Source: Octopus bimaculoides (Eukaryota). From it: DNA of 54,610 nt. The notes under the pieces are model-generated. The model did not search any database. It had not been told where the DNA came from and was given only the letters and a program-made list of their open reading frames with translations. The position numbers were made by a program, and so were the translations under genes. The stretch spans positions 52,373,571 through 52,428,180 of the forward strand of contig NC_068999.1 of assembly GCF_001194135.2 (NCBI RefSeq), read 5' to 3'. Shown one piece after another: positions 35,985-48,399 of this stretch. Positions within the stretch are counted from its first letter, which is position 1. Each line of letters opens with the position of its first letter.

Positions 35985-36960
35985 CATTAGACTGCAGTCA
36001 TGCTAGGACACCACCATGAAGAATTTTTAGTCAAATGAATTGCACCAGTGGTTATTTTTCTCTTTTTAAGCCTGTTACTTATTCTGTCTATCTCTCCTTC
36101 TTCTTTGCCAAACTGCTAAGTTGCAGAGATGTAAACACACCAACACAGTTGTCAAGCAGTGGTGGCAGACAAATACACACACACACACACATATAACTAT
36201 GCCACAAGGCTTCCACTTCACACGCCAGCTTAACTTAACTTATCCTTTCAGTCGAAAGACACTTGTTGTTTGTATTTGTAATCCAACATTTTCTCAGTTT
36301 TCTCATTTTTTTGTCTGTGTTATCACACATATTCACTCGCATTCTTCCAAACATTTAATGCCCTTAGCTTAGATTTTTGGGGCCTACCAATTTTGAACAG
36401 TCTCAGGTGTGACAGGCCGTAACTGTAATGATGATTGGAAACTTGATGGATGAATAGAAAGCCATGAATCCTCCATCCTGGTTTTCTCCTCTGTCTTTTT
36501 ATCGTCCATCTATCTGTTTTTATTGTCATCCATCACATTCTTGTTCTGTTTTTTGGATTATATATACATATAGCGGCATACGTACACCTTTTATTCAGCT
36601 TATATATATATACACACACACACACATACACATATGACAGACTTTTTTCAGTAGTAGAAGACACTTGTCTAAGGTAGCATACAGAGAGACTGAACCCATA
36701 ACCATGTGGTTGGGAAGCAAAATTTTTCCCACACAGCCATGTTTTTTTGTTTTTTTTGCATATTTTTACATGTTTGCATGGGTTGGATGGAGTTTATTGA
36801 GGCAGATTTTTCTATGACTGAATACCCTTCCTGTTGCCAACCCTTACCTGCTTCCAAGGTAGGTAATATTTCTCCATGACCAGACATGTTTTCACAAAAT
36901 ATTGGAAATGAATGACACTGTGTGTATGGCAATGATACTCATTTACAACTAAATGAAATT
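35985..36960 (-). mobile_element. Head-A SINE pieces and RTE-tail domain
   Basis: Tail at 35985-36160, head at 36640-36740, RTE-tail domain at 36760-36960. Confidence 0.7.
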
Positions 36961-37352
36961 AAGTGAACATTGGATAATGTAGTCCTAGATCATCATCATC
37001 ACCACCATCATATCCAGTCTCCATACTGGCATGGGCTGGATGGTTTGACATGAACCTGGCTAGCAGGGAGCTGTCTAGCAGGGAGCTGTCTAGCAAGATA
37101 TACAAAAAAAAAAAAAAAAAAAAAAAANNNNNNNNNNNNNNNNNNNNNNNNNNNNNNNNNNNNNNNNNNNNNNNNNNNNNNNNNNNNNNNNNNNNNNNNN
37201 NNNNNNNNNNNNNNNNNNNNNNNNNNNNNNNNNNNNNNNNNNNNNNNNNNNNNNNNNAAACCTAGTTGGTCATGGTTGGAATGGATTTGGTCATTGACCT
37301 ACTGAATCAGAGTTGACTTGACTTTAGCAGCAACAGCAGCAGTTTGAGAGAT

Positions 37353-37810
37353 TACCATATTTGCTGGTGTATAAGAGGCACTCTTGCATAAGATACACTC
37401 TTGCATAAGATTCACCCCTATTTTACAAGTATATTTTATGGAAATAACAAAGGCATATTTCATCATGCACCTATTGAAAGATATTTTAAAGTGGTTTTGT
37501 AGGGGAGAATGTATGATTTTGCGCATATAAATTCAAAGCTGTAACAGTATACTGGAATAAATTATGAAACCATAAATTTATCATGCAATGAACTATACAA
37601 GTATCGTATTTCAACTTCATCTTGTAGATCAATATTTTATTTTTTTTTTTCTCTCATGCTGGGTCCGGAGGCTGGGTCTTGTATAGCCTTTATAAGCTCT
37701 TCGAGATTGGTGATACTGATGCCATTACTATTCCTCTCGAGCTGCTGTAAGTCAGCACTTGTGAAAAAGGCATGAGCAAGAAGAAAGTTCCAGTGAGCTG
37801 ACATTCTAAG
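37353..37810 (-). mobile_element. Tc1/mariner-superfamily remnant (Tc2/pogo-like terminal repeat plus a 55-aa ORF)
   Basis: TA-CCATATTTGCTGGTGTATAAGAGGCAC resembles Tc2/pogo-type TIRs; the minus ORF 37637-37804 (..SADLQQLE..TNLEELIKAIQ..) loosely resembles a Tc1 transposase C-terminus. Confidence 0.4.
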
Positions 37811-38730
37811 AAAGAAGAACTGAGCATGGTGAGTAGTGTGAGGCGTAATGGATTAGACACAACAAGAGTGATAAGAAGAGAGAGGTTCAGTGACAGTTTG
37901 GAAATCTTTTGTTTATTTGTTTATTTCTAGTGTTCTTGATATTAATTTCTTTGACTTAGACACAAAGGATTGTTTATTCTTCAAGAACACTTCAAATTTC
38001 GTGAAATGTTTGGTCATTGGAATTTTATTGATGCATATTTTTTTGACCCCCAAAGGAAGTAAGAGTGAAGTCATCCCATCGAGATTTGACCTCAAAACAA
38101 TGTGGACATATAATGTCTAGTCCAACTGTCTACCAAATTCTTATGTTCTCATGGTATTTCTGGATGTCAAAGACAGTAGCAATAGTAATTAGAATGGTTG
38201 TTCTGAGAGGACGGCAAGGAAATCTTTTAAGTGATTGGTTATATGTAAAAAGTAAAACAAAAATTTCTGCTTGTTTTATTTTCTTTAATTGCACTTTTAA
38301 GCTGCTAATCCTACCTTGCTAAATATATCATTACCTTTTCCAGTCTGTCCTTTTCACTATTTGCTTTTATATTTATGTGTACGTCTACCTATCAGTGTGC
38401 TAACCAGTCTTTCTTTCTGTATGTGTCTTTATATATCTCTCTATGTTTGGCCATTTCTCTTTCAACGTTTCCTCTCTCTAAATATATTTCTTTGTTTGCT
38501 GATCACTTTCCCCTCTCTGTGTCCATCTGTATGTTGCAGTGTGTCTGTCTGTCTCTGTCTCTCTTGCTTTCTCACTCTCTATATATGTCTGTCAGTTTCT
38601 CTTTCAATAAGTGTCCCTTTCTCTAAATGATCTGTTTATCTGTCTATGTATATTCAACTTTCTGTCTTTCTAGTTGTTTGCTTTCATGCATATGTGTGTG
38701 TGTATCTGTGTGTGCACGCGCGCACATATG

Positions 38731-38770
<40 letters not shown>

Positions 38771-39329
38771 TGTGCACATATGCTTTTTGTAGTTATATGT
38801 CCCCATACATCTGTCTCAGTGTCTTTCTCTCATTATTTGTCTCTCTTCATAACACAGTCACCCTGCCTATTTTCGTCTCTCTTTCTTCTTTCAGTATCTG
38901 TTTATAGATTTACCCCTTTCTTTTTCTCCCTCCTACCCTCTCTTTCTCTCTTTCTCCCCCCCCCCTCTCTGTCTGTTTCACTCATACACACTCACTCCTA
39001 ACTTGAATCATATAAAACTCTTGTCTTTCTCTCAAGCCATCTTGTCTTGTCTGATTGTTATATTTTGAATAAATATTGTACATAAACAGAATGAATAGAT
39101 TTTAAAATCATGTATGATATAATGTTGTTAGGAACTTCTGTTAGGAATTATAGATTAAACATTTGTCTTTTGCTTTGCTGTGTACTATTAATGAAATATT
39201 GTCTTCCTATCATTTTATCTTCCTGTAATTCTAGTACTATTGATTAAGTAGTATTTTCCAATCACAATACACTATTGATTAAACTATCTTTTTCTGTTGC
39301 TAGTTTCCTTTATTTTCAACTTCCTAAAC

Positions 39330-39900
39330 ACCAACATCCACTGTTAAATTCATTTGCTCCATACTGTCATTTTGCTGTTCAGATCTACAAATTCACCCTT
39401 TCACACATATCTCTTCTGAAATCTGTTCGGGTCTTACAAAAATTTCTTTTTGTTTTTTAAATTCATTTTTCTTCTTGGAATTTTTCTCATTTAATAATCT
39501 AATTCCACTTCATTGCACTGTTTCATTTCATCCAATTTTTATCATCATTTTACAACATAAGAATATATTATCTAAGTTGTCTCATTTGTTAACCTAATCT
39601 ACTGGTTTTTCATTCTCAGCAACAGTCTTTTGTTGTCCAAAATACATCCATTAGATTTATATTGTATAGTGAATGGATCTTAGATCTCATATTTTCTAAT
39701 GAATCTTATATTATATAATGTATGTTATATTTTATAATTAAGATTTTACAGTTGATATCAATAGCCCTTACATCATCTGCATAATTTTCACATTTGAGCA
39801 ATGGAGTTATCCTTGTATATGCAATAAATCATTTTCTCCTCATATATCTCTAGATTTTGTAAATCTTTTGCACACATTAAGTTCTATTTATTGATCTATA
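39330..39900 (-). mobile_element. Highly decayed CR1/L2-type LINE RT
   Basis: YADDVR motif on the minus strand at 39772-39783; downstream sequence only weakly RT-like. Confidence 0.6.
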
Positions 39901-39994
39901 GATAAAAATTTTATAGACAGTATAGACAAGGTGCTGGGCTCTCAGCTGAAGATAGGGCTGACTGAAGGCACCAGTAACTCAGGCAATGACCAGG

Positions 39995-41260
39995 AGGTTA
40001 CAGTAGAATATATTTGATCAAGGTGCCACACAGTGGTACTGAACCCAGAATCATGTGGTTGGGAAGCAAACTTCTTACCACACAACCATGCCTGTGCCTA
40101 TAAAACCTGAAATTAAAATCTCGCATGTAGGAATAAAATGCGGTACTATTTATAGCAGTCCAAGACAGGACACCACGAAGGAAAGTAATCAACTTTTGAT
40201 GCTATGATTTGTGACTATACATATGAACAGTCATCATTGATAGAGACAGACTGCCTACTACTTAAAGGGTAAGGACCCCCTTCAGTCATGAATGACCATA
40301 GGATTGCACCTAGAAAGCTCCCTTCTGCGGCACAGGTCCAGGCAAGGTTGTTTATGGAAGACCAGTAGTTGCCCATACATACCAGTCTCCTCTCTCCATG
40401 CCTCTGATGTCATCCAAGAGAAAGGCAAAGGCTGATGCAGCTTGGCACCAGTGACATCACAACTCATTTCTGCAGCTGAGTGAACTGGAGCAACATGAAA
40501 TAAAGTGTCATCTTGCTCAAGAACTCAACACACAACCCAGTCTGGGAATCAAATTCATTACCTCATGATTGTGAGCCCGATGCTCTAACCACTGAATCAT
40601 GCACCCCTTTTGTACAAATATATCATGATATAACACATATCATAAAACATCTTTTGTTTGTGTAAATCTCAGTATAATATACTACTGCAGGTCAAAATAG
40701 TATAGTAGCACAGTAGAGAATAATATGCAGTAATAGAGAGAATAGTAAAATAGTCAAATATCGCTGAAGTCAATTTTGTCTTTCATCTTTTCAGGGTTGA
40801 TTAAAAAAAAAAAAGGGACCAGTCAAGTACTAGATTCAATGAAATTGACTAACCCTCTCTCCTAATATTTCAGGTTTTCTTCTATTTTCATTTTACATAT
40901 TTCAGTTGTTAGACTGCGGCCAATGAACCAACCCTACAGTTTATTTCTTTTTAAGCCTGGTTCTTATACTCTCAGCCTCTTTTGCCGAACTGCTAAGTTA
41001 CAGGAATGTAAACACATCAGCACTGGTTGTCAAGCAATAGTGGGAGACAAACGCAGGCACAAAGATGCATACATACATAGACATATATATGTGTGTGTGT
41101 GTGTGGGTGTGTGTTTGATGGATTTCTTTCAGTTTCTATCAACCAAATCAATAAATCAACTCAGACGGCTTTGGTTGGCCTGAGGCTACAATAGAAGACA
41201 CTTGCCAAAGGTGTCATGCTGTGGGTGTGAACCTGGACTCATTTAGTTGGGAAGTGAACT
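39995..41260. mobile_element. SINE cluster: head A (-) 39995-40100, C-family (-) 40265-40605, head B (+) 40760-40880, head A (-) 40890-41260
   Basis: Homology to other copies. Confidence 0.8.
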
Positions 41261-42019
41261 ATTTTAGGGAGAAAATTCTAGCTCCCTTCTATCATTTGTG
41301 TTTGTTCTATGACAGAATAATTGCAAGACAGGACTTTGAAAATTTTCAATAGGATATTAAGAATTAAGGAGGAAATTCTATCATGGTAGGGCAGTGACTA
41401 GCAACCTTAACATTTGCTTGCTATTAGAATGCTTAATCCATTGGTTCAAATTACTGTGTCCTTTGTCAAATAGACTCAATATTTATTTAGTAGATTTGAT
41501 CAACTAAAAATCTCTAAACTGTGTCCATGATTTTTTTTTGTGTATTATTTTTCTGTTTTTGATTTGTTTTGATTTCTTTTTGTTGTTAATCTATTAAGTA
41601 ATCTATTCAATTTTAAAACAGGAAGCAAAGGAAATAAATAAATTAATAAATAAAACATTGAAAAAATATATTAATGCTGTCACGTATTATATTGCAAAGA
41701 TGTTTATAAAACACACAAACCCAATATTTGAATAGTTTGCACAACAATATTCACTCTTCTAACACTAATTAGAATTTTTTTGTCTGAACATTTTAACAGA
41801 TTTTAGAGAAGTTGGTGGACATAAAAAAAGAAAAAGATGAAAAAAGGAAAAGAAAATTAAGAAAATAAAATTAACATGTTGGGCACTTTTGCTTCTATTA
41901 ATTTCAAAATAAAAGCCACACTTCATTAGGTTAAGAATGGAAAATATCGATTATTTCAAATATATGTTCCAGGCAAGTTATTTGGTGTATGTATGTGCTT
42001 AGGTATGTTTGTATGTACA

Positions 42020-42088
42020 TATTAACACACACACACACACTTATATATATATAGGCATATATGTATAAATATATATAATATATATATA

Positions 42089-42140
<52 letters not shown>

Positions 42141-42360
42141 CATACATATATATTATGTATGCATTTATTTGTGTATATATGTGTGTGTGTGTGTGTATGC
42201 ATATATATATAAATGAAAATGTATGTATTTGTACATATATATATATATATGTAAATATATGTATGTATAATGTAAATATACATTTATGTGTATATATATA
42301 TATATGTGTATATATACATATATATATGTATATATTCATATATGTGTGTATACATACATG
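42020..42360. repeat. (TA)n/(TG)n microsatellite complex
   Basis: Seen directly. Confidence 0.95.
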
Positions 42361-42370
42361 AAAGTGTATG

Positions 42371-42960
42371 TAAAATTTATTAATGAGGGTAGAAATTGAT
42401 ATTAATCAATTAAAACCATATTAAAAAATCCGAAGATTAAAATTATATTACATACAAAAATAAGAGGAATGACCAGCAAAAGTGGACTCCTATATGCTAG
42501 AAATAGATGCCGAATCATCTAACCATGAAAAAAAAATATATGTTCTCAGTAAAAATTCAGCACCACAACAGACTGTAAAAGGGCAAGACAAATGAAAAAA
42601 TACTAAATAAAAAAACGATTAACCTATGCACCATGGTTTCACCTGTTAAAATTTACATAAGTAAATATCTGCAGGATCGTCAGCGTAGTCCGTCGATTCG
42701 CAATGAAATTTACAGAACTAGACACAAGACGTCCATCCGAAAGGGAGCACGTGTAGAGTTCTACAAATTACATTCAGTGTATCATTTCAAATGTCCTCAA
42801 TCTGGCACGCTAAGTCCGGAAATAATTCTGCAGTTAATAAATTTTTGCAGCTAATTTACCGGTTAGAGAACATTATTATATAAAATTTATTAATGAGGGT
42901 AGAAATTGATATTAATCAATTAAAACCAGTGGTCTAGCATATTAATCTTCGGATTTTTTA
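42371..42960 (-). mobile_element. Penelope/retrozyme-like non-autonomous unit with 48-bp direct terminal repeats
   Basis: Perfect repeat at 42371-42418 = 42881-42928, a 19-bp block at 42422-42440 inverted at 42942-42960, CpG-rich interior and an internal hammerhead fold. Confidence 0.65.
42621..42691 (-). ncRNA. Type-I hammerhead-like motif with extended stem II
   Basis: GGACTACG-CTGACGA-T-CCTG(cagat ATTTAC ttat GTAAAT tttaa)CAGG-T-GAA-ACCATGGT-G-CATAGGTT: intact CUGANGA and GAAA, palindromic stem III, but a GUG triplet. Confidence 0.6.
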
Positions 42961-42964
42961 TTCT

Positions 42965-43212
42965 ATTGGTCTCCAAACCATTAAGTTATGAGGTATAACC
43001 ACACCAACACCAGTTATCAAGCAGTTGTGGGGGACAAACACAGGCACAAAGTCATACACACACACAAACACATATATGCAACAGGCTTCTTTCAGTTTCC
43101 ATCTACTGAATCCACTCACTGGGCTTTGATCGGCCTTAGACTATAATAGAAGACATTTGCCCAAGGCTCCACACAGTGGGACTGAACCAAGAAGCAAACT
43201 TCTTACCACACA
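42965..43212 (-). mobile_element. Head-A SINE
   Basis: Reverse homology to 50962-51350. Confidence 0.85.
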
Positions 43213-44204
43213 ATGAATCTCTTTGAAGATTTTACTGTGATCCTGTATTCTGATTTTAGAGAGTAAGATGCTATCCTTAACTTTATAAGCAATGCTGGAG
43301 AAAGTAAATGCCACTGGTCAAAGAATTATTGATGGAACTATTAACCTCTTTGTTTTGTATACTTTCGTTTGTGTACATAATATTGCGATCGATCAAAATC
43401 TTCAATTATCTTTTGGTGCCACTTATTACATATCAGTCAATCTGGCAGGCATTATGACAGGGTCAGTTGTTTTTGTGATGGAAGAAACTGGAATGATATC
43501 TATAAAAGCATTAATAATGTTGCTGTAGTGTTGTTGTTGTTGCTGTTATTATTGATGTTGTTGCATATGGCAGTAGTGATGTTGGTGATGTTGATAGTGG
43601 ATGTGAAATTATATCTCAAAATTCAAGAATTATATGCCAGCAATTGATTTTAGTGAGAAAATGAAATGAAATAAAAATAATAACTGCAAACTTGTTCGAA
43701 GAGAGATTTGTAAAATATAAAAATAAATGATAAATAAATTTTTAAAAAATAGCAGAAAACTCAGAATGAATGACCTTTTATCTCCCACACTAACTTTTTC
43801 CTGCAGAAGGGAAAGAAAAAAACCGATAACACTATTAAAATAAACATAGAATTAAAGAAAAGATTTTAGTTTAGTCAAATTTCCTTCCGCTGATATTTTG
43901 GTATGGAAAAAGGTTTTTGGAGAAGGAACCAGATTTTCCCCCTTCTCTTTTCAATGTTTTAGAAAAAAAAAAAAAGTTTCTGTGCTTCAGACTTGAGGAA
44001 AGAAGGCAGAAGAAATCAATTTTCTGCAAAGTGCAACTGAAAGCAGGCGCATCTAAACTGCTGTTTGAAATTCAAACTACAGACACGGAACTTTAACATT
44101 GTGCAGCAGATGACATTGCCATGATGCAGGAATTGTATATCTTTGCATTGGTGGTGCTGAATTCTGACTCAAATTTTAGTTAAATATGATGTTTATGTTT
44201 CAGT

Positions 44205-44356
44205 GGCTGTGTGGGAAGAAGTTTGCTTCCCAATCATAAGGTTTTCAGTTCAGTTCCATTGTAGGGCACCTTGGGATAGTGTCTTCTATTATAGACTCAA
44301 GTTGACCAAAGATATGTGAGTGGATTTGGTAGACAGAAACTGAAAGAAGCCCATCA

Positions 44357-44388
<32 letters not shown>

Positions 44389-44470
44389 CTGGGGTCAATT
44401 TGTTTGACTAAAATCTTTCAAGGTATTGCCCTAGCATGGCCACAGTCTAATGACTAAAACAATTAAAAGA
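44205..44470 (+). mobile_element. Head-A SINE with internal deletion
   Basis: Homology to other copies. Confidence 0.85.
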
Positions 44471-44539
44471 TCAAAGATGAAAACAAAAAAAAAGAAAAAG
44501 AATAAACATGGCAAATATACAAAAATAAGGAATTTTCAT

Positions 44540-44631
44540 CATATGTATATGTATATATATATGTATATATGTATATGTATATATATGTATATGTATATGT
44601 ATGTATATGTATATGTGTGTGTATATATATA

Positions 44632-44714
<83 letters not shown>

Positions 44715-44850
44715 GTATATGTATGTATATGTATATGTATGTATATGTATATGTATGTATATGTATATATATGTATATGATGTATATATATATGTATATG
44801 TATATGCATATATATGTACATGTATGTATATGTATATATATATGTACACA
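44540..44850. repeat. (TA)n/(TATG)n microsatellite
   Basis: Seen directly. Confidence 0.95.
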
Positions 44851-45526
44851 TTTATATCATTTATATGAACATTTACACATTGCACTTTCAAAAGTGCACC
44901 AGCACAAAACAAACTTTGGATATTCGATCTACTTGTTTAACTCTTTTTGAAATATGCTTTTAAGAATTTATTGTACTTTTCAAACATCTTTCCAATTGAA
45001 TGAAAATGACTGATGGTGTTGGGGCTTTTATTAAGATATTTCATTTCTGTTTTTCTAATCATTAATTTACTCGTTATCTCAGCTTCAGAATACCTATGTA
45101 GTTTGAAGCTAGTTAATTGAATGTTTGAAAGTAGCCCATAGAAGACCATCAGTCTAGTCTACGTATATAAAGATTAAGATATCACCTAGTATATTATTAC
45201 CTCAAGCCAAACTTTATTGTTCAATTATAAAGATCGGTGTTCTTCTCCTAAGATCTTACAAATTATTGTCTCCATTTTAAAGACATTACGAGGGTGTTTT
45301 TATTAAGGAAATTTATTGGTTACAATTTAGCAGATTGACTAATGTTATATGGAAACTCCTCCTTTGTTTTCTGATTTATTTTCTTCCATTTTAGTTTGAT
45401 TACTATGCTTGATTACTATCATTGATTTTTAAGCCAAAGTCTCCCTGAAATTATCTGATAAATTATTAGACCCATTAACGAATAACATTCAGCCATTATC
45501 TACCTACTCTATCCAGTCATGTCCTA

Positions 45527-45570
<44 letters not shown>

Positions 45571-45711
45571 TTCAAACACTTTTGGAATAATTTTCTGCTT
45601 TCATCCCATGCACCAAACTAAACTTGTTAAATTCTGTCATTGTGCTTCTCATTGACTCTTTGACAACAAAAACATGAATAAGAATGTCTACCAATTATAT
45701 ACCTAGCATAG

Positions 45712-45880
45712 GTGCAGATGTAGCTGTGTGGTTAGAAGTTTGCTTCCCAACTGCATGGTTTTGGTTTCAGTCCCACTCAGAAGCACCTTGAGCAAGTGTC
45801 TCCTACTATAGCCCTGGCTGACTAAAGCCTCGTTACTGGATTTCATAGACAGAGACTGAAAAAAAACCTGTCATATATAA

Positions 45881-45916
<36 letters not shown>

Positions 45917-45960
45917 GTCTGGTTGCCTTGACTTTGTGTGATAGTTGTAAATGAGTGTGT
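45712..45960 (+). mobile_element. Head-A SINE
   Basis: Homology to other copies. Confidence 0.85.
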
Positions 45961-45968
45961 TTTTTTTC

Positions 45969-46205
45969 CTATCTTCTGTGAAGAATTTTAATTTTGGTTA
46001 TACACATTGCTGAAAAAAGCCACTTCATAAAGGAAGTAGATGTGAACTGTATAAGCCTCTCTACACAGTTTTTATACACTTCATCATAGAATACTTGATT
46101 TTTTGCTAAGGAAGAAGTTTCTAAAAATTCTTTGTCCATTGGGTCATTTATAAACTCCACAAATTTATCTTGCAGATTGTATGGAATTGATCTTAGGCTA
46201 ATTCT
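45969..46205 (-). mobile_element. hAT (Charlie/Buster-type) transposase C-terminal remnant
   Basis: NLQDKFVEFINDP..KEFLETSSL..YKNCVERLIQFTSTSFMKWLFSAMCITKIK aligns by eye to the hAT dimerisation region (LQEQLIEL..F.STYLCE..FS....KTK). Confidence 0.7.
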
Positions 46206-46427
46206 AGTGAGATTTTGAACAAATTAATAATTCAGTTCACTAATTTCAGTAAAATAAGAAATCCAATCCATTATACAACAAAACAGAATGCTTCTAAGCC
46301 AACACACTGACTACTTCGATATTCTCTCTGATGCTCCGACATGGTCACAGTCCAGAGACTGGAACCAATAAAAGAATAATGACTTATTTTTATGAACTAA
46401 ATAGCATAAATCTAAATTATCTTTTAT

Positions 46428-46515
46428 CTTTTACTTGCTTCCGTCCTTTGACTGCGGCCATGCTGGGGCATCTCCTTGAAGGGTTTTGTCAAACAAATTG
46501 ACAAACTGATACAAA

Positions 46516-46606
<91 letters not shown>

Positions 46607-46763
46607 CGAGCCTCTTTCAGTTTCCGTCTACCAAATTCACTCACAAGGCTTTGGTCGGCCCAGTGCTATAGTGGAAGTGGAAGACACTTGCCCAAGGCAT
46701 CAAACAGTGAGGCTACACTTGGAACCATGTGGTTCGGAAGCAAGCTTCTTACCACACAGCCAT
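46428..46763 (-). mobile_element. Head-A SINE with a (CA)n linker
   Basis: Reverse homology; (CA)n at 46516-46602. Confidence 0.9.
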
Positions 46764-47389
46764 CCCTTTTCCCTATTGCAAGGAACTTTTATAGGATTTT
46801 GTCAATTTAAGATACTCAGATTTTACTTTGTCAATTCAAAATACTCTTCTTTAACTCCTATCAAGTTGTATTAACGATTCACTCCTTTTAAGTGCCATAA
46901 AATACTTTGTCAACGCTAAATGAGAAATAAAATCCTTTCATTTTCGTTTTTTCCATGCCATTACACAAAGAGCCTTGTAAACCAAAAGAGAAACTTATAG
47001 AAACCTGGATTTTCATATTTTACTGTTGAATGTAAACACTGGAACAGAGGTTAATGTAATAGAAATTATGTATGGACAACAACTGTTTGGTTATTTATCT
47101 ATACACATGACCAATCCCAAACTGGATTTATGTGCTCATATCTCTCACAGTCAGCATATGTTTGGATTTATCAAAATAATATATGTACATTTATTCTGAA
47201 GATCTTCAGATGCAGATTTTCATTAATTTCTTGTTAAGAGAAGAGGCTGGGAGAGGGAAGGAGGGTAGGTAGTTGCAGAAAGACAGCTCCAAGATAAAAA
47301 CAAAAATAAATACAAGGTGAAATCAATTTATTGATTTCTGATGTTAAGAAATAAAGAATTTAAGGTGCTGCATTAGTTGAATCTTGTAG

Positions 47390-47760
47390 ACTTTTATGAT
47401 ATTTCTGCACTTTGAAACTAAATAGGGCAATGGATAGCAGAATTGGTTGAACAGCAGATAAAATACCTTGGGGTATCCTTTACATTCTGAATTTAATCCC
47501 ATCCATATTGACTTTGCCTTTAGGCTTTCCAGTTTGGATGAAATAAGAACCTGCCAGATACAGGAGGTGATACAAATGGACCTTCATTGGTCTCAAAGAG
47601 CAAGACTCAGTTGTTTGATCAATTGAGTTAATTATCTGTGCAGGAATGGCTGTGTGGTTAAGAAGCTTGTCTTGCAACCAAATGCTTTTCAGTTCAGTCC
47701 CATTGCATGGCACTTTGGACCCAGGTCAACCAATGTTAGCATGGAAAATGGATGTTAAAT
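47390..47760. mobile_element. SINE fragments: head B (mixed orientation) and deleted head A (+) 47640-47790
   Basis: Homology to other copies. Confidence 0.65.
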
Positions 47761-47802
47761 GATAATGATGTTAGTGAAGATGATGATGATGGTGGTCTAT
47801 AA

Positions 47803-47968
47803 CAGGCATGGACAACCTTTTTCAAAAAACAGTCTGCAAGAAACATGGTTTATCATCACATGGGCCACACTACTAAAAAATAATTCACGGTAATTTTTCA
47901 TTAGGCATGCCACTCAGAAAGTCCCACAGGCCACATGCTGCCCAAGAGGATGCAGTTTGTCCATGACC
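47803..47968. mobile_element. hAT-Charlie-like MITE
   Basis: TIRs CAGGCATGGACAAC / GTTTGTCCATGACC with internal 'gggccaca' motifs. Confidence 0.7.
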
Positions 47969-48070
47969 ATAATCTACTATACTAGAATCATCATAGCATT
48001 GGTGTTGTGAACTGAGATTACATATCATCTCCACATTTATGTGAAGGGACATAAAACTTTGCCCCAAGAA

Positions 48071-48300
48071 TTAAAGATATAAACAAAGATCATCTATTGT
48101 TGAAAATTTATTATTGTAAATATTGTCATTAAGAGTAACATCACACACAGTGAAATCTTTAATTAATTTCTTGTGTGTCAAAGAAGCCATAATAATTACA
48201 GAAGAAATAGATTTAATAGGCAATTTTATATTAATGGCAAAAGAGGTGTGAATAGAATTTTCTGTACTTCCAGAATCAATTAAAATGTCAATGTCTTTGT
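48071..48300 (-). mobile_element. Ty3/Gypsy LTR-retrotransposon aspartic protease remnant
   Basis: ILIDSGSTENSI...IIMAS...FSTIDDLC; DSG catalytic motif at 48269-48277. Confidence 0.8.
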
Positions 48301-48399
48301 TTGTTTGTTTGTTTGTTTGTTTGCTTTTTGTTTTTTCTTTTTGTAACAACTGACTTTTGAGTGGAATCTGAAGCAGCTACAAATGTTGTGAAAATGACA

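Noticed and set aside
37058-37127. 15-bp tandem duplication followed by a 24-nt poly(A)
   Set aside because: It abuts a gap, so a retrocopy tail cannot be distinguished from a low-quality contig end.
43292-43528. 78-aa plus ORF and minus fragments (KWHQKIIEDFDRSQYY..)
   Set aside because: No consistent splice signals or recognisable motif; the minus frame has stops.
47195-47210. Perfect 16-bp palindrome TCTGAAGATCTTCAGA
   Set aside because: About one such palindrome is expected by chance in 54 kb; no supporting context.
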